Below, one piece after another: positions 41,039 to 51,544 of a DNA stretch of 64,000 nt (within the stretch, counting starts at the first letter, position 1; each line of letters starts with the position of its first letter). The translations under genes were made by a program, and so were the position numbers. The stretch is from Felis catus. Lineage: Eukaryota. The notes under the pieces were generated by a model, which was given only the letters and a program-made list of their open reading frames with translations, was not told the origin of the DNA and ran no database searches. The stretch lies in NCBI RefSeq assembly GCF_018350175.1, contig NC_058368.1, positions 63,986,001 through 64,050,000 on the forward strand, in the 5' to 3' direction.

Positions 41039-43027
41039 TCATTCGATTGTATCTGGCCTTTCTGCGTCAAATTGTCTTAGTTGGTGGTACTGTTGAGTTA
41101 GGACCAAGGCCTGGATGACAGAGAGTCTTTCTCTTATGAATTGTACCAAGCGGTTGAGGATGCAAGGTCCGAACATCAGTATTAATAGTAGGAGTATTAA
41201 AGGGCCCATGAGGGAGGAGACTAGAGTGGTAAACCAGGGGGATTTGTTATACCACCCCTCAAACCAGCCTTGCTGAGATTCGAACAGCTTTTGTCTTTGT
41301 TTGAGTCTCTCCCTCAGCTTGGCCATGCTGTCTCTCACTATTCCTGTGTGATCAGCATAGAAGCAGCACTCTTCTTTGAGGGCAGCACATAACCCGCCTT
41401 CTTGTAAGAACAACAGGTCAAGTCCCCTCCGATTTTGTAAAACCACTTCTGAGAGGGAGGTTAGGGATCTTTCTAGTGCCGAGATGGATTCTTCTAGTGC
41501 CTGTATGTCAGAATGCATAGCGATTTGTAACTGCTTGAACTGATTAGTTTCTATGAGAGCTGCGGTGCCTGTCCCTATGCCAGCTGCTAAACTTCCCATA
41601 GTTAATCCCCCTAGGAGCAGTGCTACGGTGAGGGAAACTGGTTCTCTCCGGAATCTGCCGCCGGGTTCGTAGTGGCCATAAATATATTCTGAGTCATGGT
41701 AGAAGATTTTTGGCCAAAGTTCAATTAGGATGCAATAGTCGGCAGTATTATTGAGTACCTGGAGCGAGATGCATGGCGTGAGTCCGGTGTTACAGACCCA
41801 GTACGTTCCGTTGGGAGCGGTCAAATAATAGGGACCCTGCCCGACAGATGGTATGGTCTGACTACAGAGATTCTGGTGTGAGGGTGGAATTTTCCCAATA
41901 CATAGGCCATGACCGGTGACTTCAGTTAAAGTGAGGCCATGTCGAGGTGTAGTGCTACATCTCAGTGGGGCATTCGTATGGTTAGTAAAGTTCCCAATTA
42001 TAGCAACTCCCTGATAGTAAGGGGGTTTAGCCGTTAGGCAGAGCCAACAGTCCTGAGTTTGATTTGGGGCCGTAAGGTTGAGAGTTAAGTATACCCCTTG
42101 TACAAGGTTTAGGAGCCTATCTCCTGTGCCCGGTCGAGAGGGGGGGGTCGGGTATCCTAGACTGGGGCTTAGAGTGGAATTAACAGGGTTAATTCCCGGT
42201 GTCTGAGTTGGGGCCCTTGGTGGCTGGACTGGGATGGCTAGCTGGACCGGAGCTTTTTGATCGGCCAATACTAGGTTGGGACCTACGGTTTGGGTGATTG
42301 TATCTATTTTTAATTTGATTTTTAGAACAATCCCCCTATCTTTTCCCGGTAGGTACCATCGGAGTCCCCATGTATAGCCCGTCTGCCATCCGAGAGCCCG
42401 TTTTCCTGAATCTGTAAAGGTAATCTTAAGAGGTAGAGACAGGGGACTTATCCAATGATGATACCCTTCCGTGCCCTTTTTATAGTAGCAAGTGTGTCCA
42501 TCGGGGTCAGGTTTGGTGTAACCTCTTGTAATGGTGATTAAGTCCCAGGAAGAGGTAGGTTGCCAGTAGGCATCGCCAGTAGTTTCGCAGCCCCATGCCG
42601 AGCAGAAATATTCTTCATATCCCCCACATCGGTGGGCAGTGGCCCTATCCCTATTGTCTCGAGGACAGACATAGAACTCTGCCTGGGCTAATCTACATCT
42701 GGCAGTGGGACTACTGCATCCATGGGCAGTCATCTGCTGGATTCTTTCCCCCATGTAGGACTGCAGGTTCTTGGGGCTTCTAGCTGGGATATCCCAAGTG
42801 TCTAATCCAGCTGCCAGCTGGCAAAAATCAGGGGTAAGTGGGGGCCACCAAGTATTAAGCGCATGGTTACCTTGGACCTCCCAGACAACTTCCCCGCTCT
42901 GGGAGTAGATTTGCCAAGTCAAGGTATAAACCTGATGTGGGTTCCCCTCTTTGACAATTTTAGCTCCAATTCCCGCCCCCAAGCTTGTGAGGACCCACAG
43001 AAAGACCATTCCCGCTGGGGGTTTCAT
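41039..43027 (-). CDS. env: Intact gamma-type envelope glycoprotein, 662 aa
   Basis: Signal peptide, PHQ motif, proline-rich hinge, CWLC, furin site RFRR, fusion peptide, [23 protein letters not shown]6CC, TM helix, R peptide with YHQL; no stop or frameshift. Confidence 0.97.
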   Translation of the reverse strand: MKPPAGMVFLWVLTSLGAGIGAKIVKEGNPHQVYTLTWQIYSQSGEVVWEVQGNHALNTWWPPLTPDFCQLAAGLDTWDIPARSPKNLQSYMGERIQQMTAHGCSSPTARCRLAQAEFYVCPRDNRDRATAHRCGGYEEYFCSAWGCETTGDAYWQPTSSWDLITITRGYTKPDPDGHTCYYKKGTEGYHHWISPLSLPLKITFTDSGKRALGWQTGYTWGLRWYLPGKDRGIVLKIKLKIDTITQTVGPNLVLADQKAPVQLAIPVQPPRAPTQTPGINPVNSTLSPSLGYPTPPSRPGTGDRLLNLVQGVYLTLNLTAPNQTQDCWLCLTAKPPYYQGVAIIGNFTNHTNAPLRCSTTPRHGLTLTEVTGHGLCIGKIPPSHQNLCSQTIPSVGQGPYYLTAPNGTYWVCNTGLTPCISLQVLNNTADYCILIELWPKIFYHDSEYIYGHYEPGGRFRREPVSLTVALLLGGLTMGSLAAGIGTGTAALIETNQFKQLQIAMHSDIQALEESISALERSLTSLSEVVLQNRRGLDLLFLQEGGLCAALKEECCFYADHTGIVRDSMAKLRERLKQRQKLFESQQGWFEGWYNKSPWFTTLVSSLMGPLILLLLILMFGPCILNRLVQFIRERLSVIQALVLTQQYHQLRQFDAERPDTIE

Positions 43028-43061
43028 TTTGGGTTTGTGCAGGGACAGGGTGGATTAACAG

Positions 43062-46000
43062 TCAGACACGGGAGAGTCTTATCTTAAGAGGGTTCTCCGA
43101 ACGGTGGAGCTTCCAGGTTTTGGGAGCTTTCGGTCCAGGGGTTCTTGGGGCTGCCTTGGCGTGCGATGCGTGAATCCAGGCGGCGATCCCGTCAACCTTT
43201 ATGGCGGTGGGCGTGGTCAGCAGGACGATGTAAGGTCCCTTCCAACGAGGCTCCAATCCTTGAGAGCGGTGCCGCCGGACGTACACGGAGTCTCCTACCT
43301 GAAATGGGTGGCTAGTTTGTGGATGTCCTGGCCGGTACAGTTCGGCCAGGGGTGTCCAGATTTGGGCCTGCACCGCTTGCAGCCCTTTTAGTCGGGCTTG
43401 TAAATCAGTCTTAGGATCGGAGGGGGAGAAGGAATTGAGCAAGGTTGACAAAGGGGGGGGTCCCCCATAAAGGATTTCATACGGGGTGAGCCCGAAACGG
43501 TTGGGCGTATTTCTGGCTCTTAACAAAGCCAGAGATAGGAGGCGTCTCCAATCTTTTAAGCCAGTCTCTAAGGTCAATTTAGTAAGGGTCTCTTTTATTG
43601 TTCTATTCATTCTTTCTACCTGTCCTGAGCTCTGGGGCCTATATGCACAGTGTAATTTCCAATTAATCCCCAGTGTCCTGGCGAGCCCCTGACTTACCTG
43701 GGAAACGAAGGCCGGCCCGTTATCTGACCCGATTACCTTGGGAAGTCCAAATCTGGGGAAGATTTCTTCTAAAATCTTCTTGGCTACCACGTGTGCCGTT
43801 TCTTGTCGGGTGGGGTAGGCTTCTACCCATCCTGAAAAGGTGTCTACAAACACTAATAGGTACTTATACCCCGCATGGTGAGGCTTTACTTCAGTAAAGT
43901 CTATTTCCCAATAGACTCCTGGGCGGTTACCACGAGTCCGTTTTCCTTCCGGCACTCGGGTAGCCCCAGCGTTTACCTGTTGACAGACCTTACAGGCGGA
44001 GGTTACCTGTTCTATGAGGGTGCCTGCCTTAGGGATTAAGAAGTCAGTTTTGTTAATCAGTAACTTCAGCTTCTGATTACTTAAATGTGTCCAGGCGTGC
44101 ATTTGTTGGATCATTGCCAGGGCTTCCTTTCGGGGAAGGACTATCTTTCCTTCTTTTTCCCAGTCTTTAGTGTCCTGATTCAGTATAGCCCCTATGGCCT
44201 TTGCCTCTTCCTGGTCTTCTGGGGTGTAAGCATATTTGTTGGTCGTAAGATTGGTTTCTTCAAGTTTTGTGGTCAAAGTCAACGTTTCTGCCACAGCGAC
44301 TTGCCTGGCTACTTGGTCTGCCTGTCTATTTCCTGTTGCAATTGGGTCTTGTCCTTTCTGATGCCCGGGGCAATGAATTATGGCTACTTTTCGGGGAAGA
44401 AAAAGGGCCTTTAATAATGCAATGATTTCAGCTTTGTTTTTAATTTCTTTTCCTTCTGAGGTTAGTAGGCCCCTTCTTTCATAAATACTCCCATGTGTAT
44501 GAGCCGTTGCAAAGGCATATCGGCTATCTGTGTATATGTTAGCCTTTTTCCCTTCGGATAGTTCTAGGGCCTTGGTGAGCGCTATCAGCTCGGCCTTTTG
44601 TGCAGACGTGCCAGGAGGTAGTGATTGTGCCCATATGATGTGGTGGCCATCTACTACCGCCGCTCCCGCCCTCCGGGTACCTGAGTCGATGTAACTGCTC
44701 CCGTCCGTATACCAAGAGTGATCCGCATCTGGGAGCTCTTGATCTTTAAGGTCTTCCCGTGTCCCATGGGTCTCAGCCAGTACTTGCCGGCAATCGTGTG
44801 CGCTCTGTTGGTCTTCCGGTGCCGGTAGCAACGTGGCAGGGTTCAAGGTAACCGGAGGTCCAAATTGGACGCGGTCTGTGTCCAGTAGGAGGGCCTGGTA
44901 GTGGGTTAGGCGTGCGTTGGTTATCCATCGGTCCGGTGGCTGCCGCACTATGGCCTCTAAAGCATGCGGGGTGATAACAGTTAGTGGCTGTCCAAGGGTT
45001 AATTTGGCAGAGTCCTTGACCAGCATAGCAGTGGCTGCCATGATACGAAGACATGGGGGCCACCCCGCTGCCACAGGGTCCAACTTTTTGGACAGGTATG
45101 CTACTGGCCTCTTCCAGGGCCCTAATTTTTGGGTTAGAACTCCTTTGGCAATTCCTTGTTTCTCGTCTATGAAAAGGGTAAAGGGCTTGGAGGTGTCTGG
45201 CAACCCGAGAGCCGGGGCGGAGAGGAGGGCCTCTTTTAGGGCCTCAAAGGCTGACTGATGTTTTTCCTGCCAGGTGAAGGGTGCACTCTCTTTCGTGAGG
45301 GCATAGAGGGGGGCGGCTAGCTCAGCGAACCCAGGTATCCATAAGCGACAGAACCCAGCAGTTCCCAGGAATTCACGTACCTCTCTGGGGTTCTGGGGCG
45401 GCGGAATGCGAGCCACAGTTTCTATTCGCCCAGGGGTGAGCCATCTTTTCCCCTCACTCAGTATGTACCCCAGGTAGGTTACCTTGGTTTGGCAAATCTG
45501 GGCCTTCTTGGCGGATGCCCGGTATCCTTTTTCTCCTAATTCCCGGAGCAGATGTCTGGTACCTAGTATGCAGGCTTCTTTTGTGGGGGCGGCCAGAAGA
45601 AGGTTATCCACATATTGGAGTAGAGTTACTTCTGGATGTTGAGTCCGGAAGTCAGTTAGGTCCCTGTGAAGAGCCTCATCAAAGAGAGTGGGGGAGTTTT
45701 TGAACCCTTGGGGTAAGCGGGTCCAGGTTAATTGGCCTGAAATTCCTCTTTCAGGGTCCCTCCATTCAAAAGCAAACAGTTCCTGGCTCTGGGGGGCCAA
45801 GGGTAAGCAAAAGAACGCATCTTTTAGGTCCAGTACTGTGTACCAGGTGTGGTCTGGGCTCAGGGTGCTGAGCAAGTTATAGGGATTGGGGACCGTAGGG
45901 TGGATATCCATAGTCCTTTTGTTGACTTCTCTTAAGTCTTGGACGGGCCTGTAGTCCCGGGTGCCAGGTTTTTTTACTGGTAAAAGAGGGGTATTCCAAG

Positions 46001-46632
46001 GTGAGCGGCAAGGTCGCAGGACCCCAAGCTCTAGAAATCTAGTAATGTGTGGCTGAATGCCCATATGAGCCTCCTTGCTCATGGGATACTGCCTGATAGA
46101 CACAGGCATTGCCGTGGGCTTTAGGTCAATTATGATTGGGACTTGGCATTTGGCTCGACCGAGCCCTCCCGTTTCTGCCCAGGCTTGGGGAAAGTCCTGC
46201 AGCCAGGCTTCGAGGAGGTTAGTGGTGACCGGGGTTTCAAAAAGTCTGTGTTCGTCTTGTAAGGACACAGTTAAGACTTGGATAGGCTGGCCATCCCGGT
46301 TTAGCACTTGGGCCCCCGTTTCGGAGAAGTGTATCTGGGCTCCAAGCTTGGTTAGGAGGTCTCGTCCCAGAAGGGGGTACGGGCATTCGGGTACCACCAG
46401 AAAGGAGTGTGTCACCGTCCCTTGCCCTAAGTCAACCGTGCGGCGGTTAGTCCATTTGTGAATTTTTCTTCCTGTCGCTCCTTGGACCCAGGAGGTACGC
46501 GAGGACAGAGGCCCATTTGCCTTGGTTAAGACCGAGTGTTGAGCTCCCGTGTCCACCAGGAAGGTGGTGGGATGCCCCCCTACAGATAGGGTTAGCCGGG
46601 GCTCGGGGGGGGGCTCCGGAGCCCTGACATCC
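43062..46632 (-). pseudogene. pol: pro-pol (PR-RT-RNaseH-IN); long open frame, but out of frame with the gag amber codon and with RT motif YVDN
   Basis: PR LVDTGA and [18 protein letters not shown] and YVDN; RNase H TDGSS, AELIAL, TDSRY; IN HHCC, D(WEIDF)-D(SDNG)-E(VERMN), GPY, C-terminal [14 protein letters not shown]; 9-C run at 46605..46613 shifts the frame. Confidence 0.93.
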
Positions 46633-46635
46633 CTA
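46574..46635 (-). other. gag-pol amber readthrough signal with pseudoknot
   Basis: TAG, 8-nt spacer GGATGTCA, stem 1 GGGCTC/GAGCCC, stem 2 GCCCCCC/GGGGGGC, as in MLV. Confidence 0.85.
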
Positions 46636-48308
46636 TTCGCTCTCTTCGCCTAAGGCGAGCACAGAGGCAGGTTTCTTTGAGTTCCCGGGGCGCTTAGGGC
46701 AGTCTTTGATCCAGTGCCCGCGTTCTTTGCAATAGGCGCACTGGTCTTTTCCTACTTTGGGCCGCCTCTTCGTTTCCCCTGACTTTCCTGTTCCGTTTTC
46801 TGTCACTACAGCTGCCAGGATTTTGGTTAAATGTTTATCTCTCTTTCGATCTCTTCGTTCCTCCCGTGCTTCCTGCTCTTTTGCTAGCCTAGCCTCCTTT
46901 TCCTCTGGGGTCTCCCTTTTGTTATATACCTTTTCTGCCTCCCTAACTAGTTCCTGCAACCCATAGGTTTGAATCCCATCTAGCCGTTGGAGCTTTCCTT
47001 TTATATCAGACGCTGCCTGATCTATGAATGACATGGCCACGGTAGCCTTATGTTCTGGAGCCTCGGGGTTAAATGGAGTATACATCCGAAACCCCTCTAG
47101 AAGCCGTTCCATAAAGGCTGCGGGGCTCTCCTCTTTTCCTTGGATTATGGTCCTTACCTTGGCCAAATTGGTGGGCCGTTTCCCTGCCCCCTTGAGACCC
47201 GCCAACAGAGCCTGGCGATAGATTCGGAGACTCTCCCTACCTGGAGCCGTTTCATAGTCCCAGTCCGGGCGGGTGAGGGGAAACCCTTCATCTATTTCAT
47301 TGGGAAGCTGAGTTGGAAGACCTCCAGGCCCCGGCACATTTTTCCGGGCCTCCAGGAGAACTCGTTGCCTTTCCTCGGTAGTCAAAAGGACCTGTAAGAG
47401 CTGCTGGCAGTCGTCCCAGGTAGGCTGGTGTGTGAGGAGGATAGACTCTATTAGTGAGGTTAGGGCCTGGGGTTCTTGGGAAAAGGAAGGGTTATGAGTT
47501 TTCCAATTATAGAGATCGGATGCAGAAAATGGCCAATATTGGACAGTCCGGTTGACTGTCCGGAGAGGAAACAGGGAAGATTGCCAAGTGGGAGGGCCGT
47601 TCGGGTCGTCCGATCGCCGGAGACGGAGGCGGGGGTCTGAGGTGGGGTCTGGGGAGTTAGATCGGGTGGGGCTGGAGTAGAGGATGGGGCTGACGTACAG
47701 GCGGGGGAAGAAGTTGGGGAGGGGGAGGAGGAACTGGAGGCAGGAGGGGAAGTAGGGGGCACCGGGGACAGGACGGAGACGGGGGCCAGGGGTGAATTAT
47801 AGGGTGGAGGTAGTAAGAGGGGGTTGTGGGGCGGTGAAGTCTCTTCGGGGGCGTGGGGCGGCGAAGACAAAGCGTCTAGGAGGAGGGGGTCCCTTTGGGA
47901 CTCATCGGGAAAAACCGGTTTGGGCGGATCTGGAGTTTGGGTTGAGGCTCGGTTTTTGGAGGTTTTCAGGGGAAGGAGGGTAGACTGAGAAGTGGGGCAG
48001 GAAGGAAGGAAGGGTTTCACTCATGCCGGAGGATTCCGGATGAGATCCTCCCAGGTGAGGATATAGGCCACTTGATCTGGATGACCTTGTGGTCCAGGAT
48101 CCATTACCTTCGTCTTAACCTGTAATATAACAAAGAGGTCAAAAGTCCCGTCCCGGGGCCACCCTACAGATAGGGTGGGCCACTCCGATGAACAAAAAGT
48201 TCGCCATCGACCTTTTCGAACCTCAACGGATAGATTGCGAGCTCTTGCCTGGACGTCCGAGAAATGAGTCAGAGTCAAAGATAGAGGAGTAGTCAGTGTC
48301 TGTCCCAT
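46633..48308 (-). pseudogene. gag: gag (MA-p12-CA-NC), disrupted by TGA at codon 96 (48021..48023) and a -1 frameshift at 47631..47635
   Basis: Myristoylation start MGQ at 48308; PPPY late domain (47799..47810); [21 protein letters not shown]; single CCHC knuckle [14 protein letters not shown]; amber TAG at 46633..46635. Confidence 0.93.
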
Positions 48309-48515
48309 GGCTGTGTCGTCCTGTCCACGCGTCCACACACGCACACTTACACACACACACACGAATATGACTACAATGTCGATACAGACCAGACAACACA
48401 GACTAGACAACAACCAGGGAGCCGCGGCCAGGTATTCAGATTCAGATGGCAGGGGAGGCCTGCCTTCGGATTTGGGGAGTCTGACGAACTTGTCAGTTCT
48501 CCTCTACAAGCACCA

Positions 48516-48565
48516 CCGAGGCGTCCCTCGGGGCCGGGGTGTGAAGGTTCAGGACACGTCTGTCC
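48516..48565 (-). other. Core packaging signal: two GACG-tetraloop hairpins
   Basis: GGACA-GACG-TGTCC (48552..48565) and CCGAGG-GACG-CCTCGG (48516..48531), equivalent to MLV SL-C/SL-D. Confidence 0.85.
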
Positions 48566-48747
48566 TCCTTCAACACTCCTACTGAGGTGGCCGGCCGGCC
48601 TCAGAATTCACAGTTCAGAGACAAAACATAGAACACAATACCTGTGTGCAGACAAAGGCACAGAAGTCTGTCTTCAGTCAGTCCGTCAGTGGCCCGGGCC
48701 GGAGAGTCATCTACCGACGGGGCCGGGGTTCTCCTGCCTTCCCTCGC

Positions 48748-48765
48748 TTCCCGGCCCATGCACCA
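48748..48765 (-). other. Primer binding site, tRNA-Gly(GCC)
   Basis: TGGTGCATGGGCCGGGAA, 2 nt after the 5' LTR; complementary to the 3' 18 nt (TTCCCGGCCCATGCACCA) of mammalian tRNA-Gly-GCC. Confidence 0.92.
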
Positions 48766-48767
48766 AA

Positions 48768-49317
48768 TGTTAGGAGCCAAGCTCCTAGGCCCTATGGAAT
48801 GAGAGTTGGCGCAAAGAACCACTCGGCACTCCGATTTCGGCAGAGAGTCTTTACTGGTGCACCAGGGCTCCCCAGTGTTAGAAAGCGGGAGAGCTCCGAT
48901 ATACGGGGTTACAGGTCTTTTATACCATTTTGAGTTACATTTGCATACAGGCTGGTGGTAGGCTCTCTGCTCGGTGGTGGTTAGGGTTGGGGGTAATTTC
49001 GTCCTGGGAAAGCTTGGGAAATGGAGTTTCTCTCGGCAGATGCAACTTGGAGCCCGGGTGCGAAGCGGCAGGGGACCTCCGGTTTGGGAGCGTAAGCAGG
49101 TTTACAGAAGCGAGATGAAAGCGGTCATCGTTATTTATGTGACAACCTGTTCCTGTCTTGCGTAGGGAAAGGTGGGGGTACAGCTCTCCCAGGGTACGGA
49201 TGTCTAACTGCAGATATCCTGTTTGTCAACTGGTGGAAGTGCAAGCCCTGCAAGTGAGGCGTTACGGAACTGAAGATAGGGTGGGGGTGTGTTATTAAGC
49301 TAAGCAGGGGTCTTTCA
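48768..49317 (-). repeat. 5' LTR (550 bp)
   Basis: Begins TGAAAGACCCC on the minus strand, ends CCTAACA, followed by TT and the PBS; no mismatch found by eye against 40454..41003 (offset 8314; ORF-track peptides in both copies are identical). Confidence 0.97.
48918..48924 (-). promoter_or_regulatory. LTR TATA box (copy in the 3' LTR at 40604..40610)
   Basis: TATAAAA in U3 at the expected position upstream of R. Confidence 0.85.
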
Positions 49318-50809
49318 GTAATACTATGTAAGCAGTTTTAACATTGCTTTTGTCACCTAACATTGTATACCCAGCATTTCCCTATATGATATATAATTCC
49401 CTAGAAGGAATATACCGTAATTCACTTATGTATACTTCCATTGTTTTTAATTTTGCCCACCAAAATGATAACTGTGATCAATTTCTTTGCATTCATTAAT
49501 TTCACTACTCTTCTATTATTTTGCTTGTTATAATAAAATTTACATTGTTGAGTTAAAGGTAATGAATATATGTTAGGATTTTGATAATGGCATATATCTT
49601 CAGCGATTGAGAATTTCAAAGTATAGCTCAGGCAAGAAAAAAAGGCAACCAAACTATCTTTGCCCAGACATTTGCTGAAACTGCATTTCAGAGTTGACAT
49701 TATGAGAAACTTAGGCTGATTCTTTCATTTGACCTTTATTTGCTGACTGCCCTTCTTATCTTGTGTTGGTAATAATATTCAACTTTCTCATCTGCTTGGT
49801 ATTCGTACACCATATCGTAGCTGTCATTTTGTGCTAATTTTCCATAAATTACCTAGCAAAAAACAAACCACTCAATAACAAAGAATGAATTGAGTGTATG
49901 CTCTTTGACTTATGATTTCTGGAGCTGGAGATCTCCTGTGGCTAAAGAAAAATATTCAACATGTCAGTGTTATGTCAAACATCAGTTCTGAAATTATCAG
50001 GTAATCTCAAATCTCCAAGGGTGTTGCTGTGGGTTCCAAGAGATTTTCAGTGTTGTTTTAAAGGAAATAAGAAATGTCAGACTTGTGTCTCCAAGGTTTG
50101 GTCTCCTGAGTAATAGATTGTATGTGTCCTTTATTGGATGCCCTTTTGTCTGCATAAAGTGGAAATATTCAGTCTCTTTTTGGAATCTTTACTCTTCTAT
50201 TTGATTCTAATTAGCCTTGGCAATATCGTGTCATCCCTTGGTTTGCATTTTTCCAAGAATAGCAACCTTTGTTTTTCTAGATGCCTTAGTACACAATAAG
50301 GTACTTTGTAATGTTAATACTTCACAGTACCACTAATTGGGTATGTTAAAGAGGATACCTTATTTTTAAAAAGAGCTGAGATTTCAAGAAACTACAGATG
50401 CAGTGGATTGCTGCTGCTCAATTTGTCCTCAGGCAAAATTTTATCTTTTATTTAATCATGTTTAATTTGGTGTTCCTCACATAAGGTTTCTCTTTGTTCT
50501 CCATTTTTACGTTTTGAAGGATTAAATTCGCTATTTCAAACACAGTCCCATCTTTATTTGTCTTGAAATTTTTCTCTTTCTCCTTGAATCATGTTCAGTT
50601 TGCATTATATCTTTAACTTCTTATTTTGAAATAATTATAGAGTCACAAGAAGTTGCAAGCAAAATGTAGAGAGACCTTATGTATCCATAACTCACTTTCC
50701 CCAATGATGACATTTTATATAACTGTGATGCATTATCAAAACCAAGGAATTGATATTGGCATAAACAATTAACTAAACTAGCAAACTCTTGGGGTTTTGG
50801 ATTATTTAC

Positions 50810-51000
50810 AAAATTTTTAATGTTTATTATTGAGAGAGCGAGACAGAGCATGAGCATGGGAGGGGCAGAGAGAGGAGGAGACAGAATTTGAAGCAAGCTT
50901 CAGGCTCTGAGCTATCAGCACAGAGCGACTGGAAACCACCAACTGCGAGATCATGACCTAAGCCAAAGTCAGATGCCCAACCGAGCCACCCATGCGCCCC
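50810..51000 (-). mobile_element. CAN-SINE
   Basis: TSD GGTTTTGGATTATTT. Confidence 0.9.
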
Positions 51001-51350
51001 GGTTTTGGATTATTTTAAAACAATGTATGTAGTAATATGAGCTCTTTGCCGATAGTGTCCTTATAAGGAGTAACTAATTTTACTTCAAAAGTATTATCCT
51101 TAATAGTTTTTAGTTTTGTTTATCTCCTTTATAGCTATGATTGGAGAAAAATAAAGTATAGCAAAATCAATATTTTGTATTTCTTCTTTAGATTAAAATA
51201 ATGGTAACTAATATTTGTTAAAATGCCTTGTTATTGGCAATACACATGGATGATTTCACTTACATTGACTGAAAAAAAAGCCAGCCTCAAAGTAAATTAG
51301 TAAATGCTTTCTTGCTTGTCTTACTGAGGACTGTAGCAGGGGAGACAGTA

Positions 51351-51493
51351 CTTGGATTGTGAGTAACTTGTTCTGCAAGTTTTTCACAGGACGAGTAAAC
51401 ACTACTAATAAATTTTAACTTGATAAACAAATGATGTCTTGCAACCAAGTAGTATGTGATGCCAAATGTCCCGTGATCACAACTGAGCCAGTG

Positions 51494-51544
<51 letters not shown>

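Larger units (their letters stand above)
40454..49317 (-). mobile_element. Full-length endogenous gammaretrovirus provirus, ERV-DC family of Felis (gag-pol related to RD-114/BaEV, MLV-type env)
   Basis: TG...CA LTRs at both ends; GTAA duplicated at 40450..40453 and 49318..49321; order LTR-PBS-gag-pro-pol-env-PPT-LTR; Gag starts [16 protein letters not shown]; Env starts [24 protein letters not shown] assignment is from recalled sequences. Confidence 0.95.

Noticed and set aside
42595..48933. Plus-strand and alternative-frame ORFs over the provirus (e.g. 46075..46461, 44917..45258, 44085..44414)
   Set aside because: Short antisense shadows of GC-rich coding sequence; no recognisable motifs or promoter.
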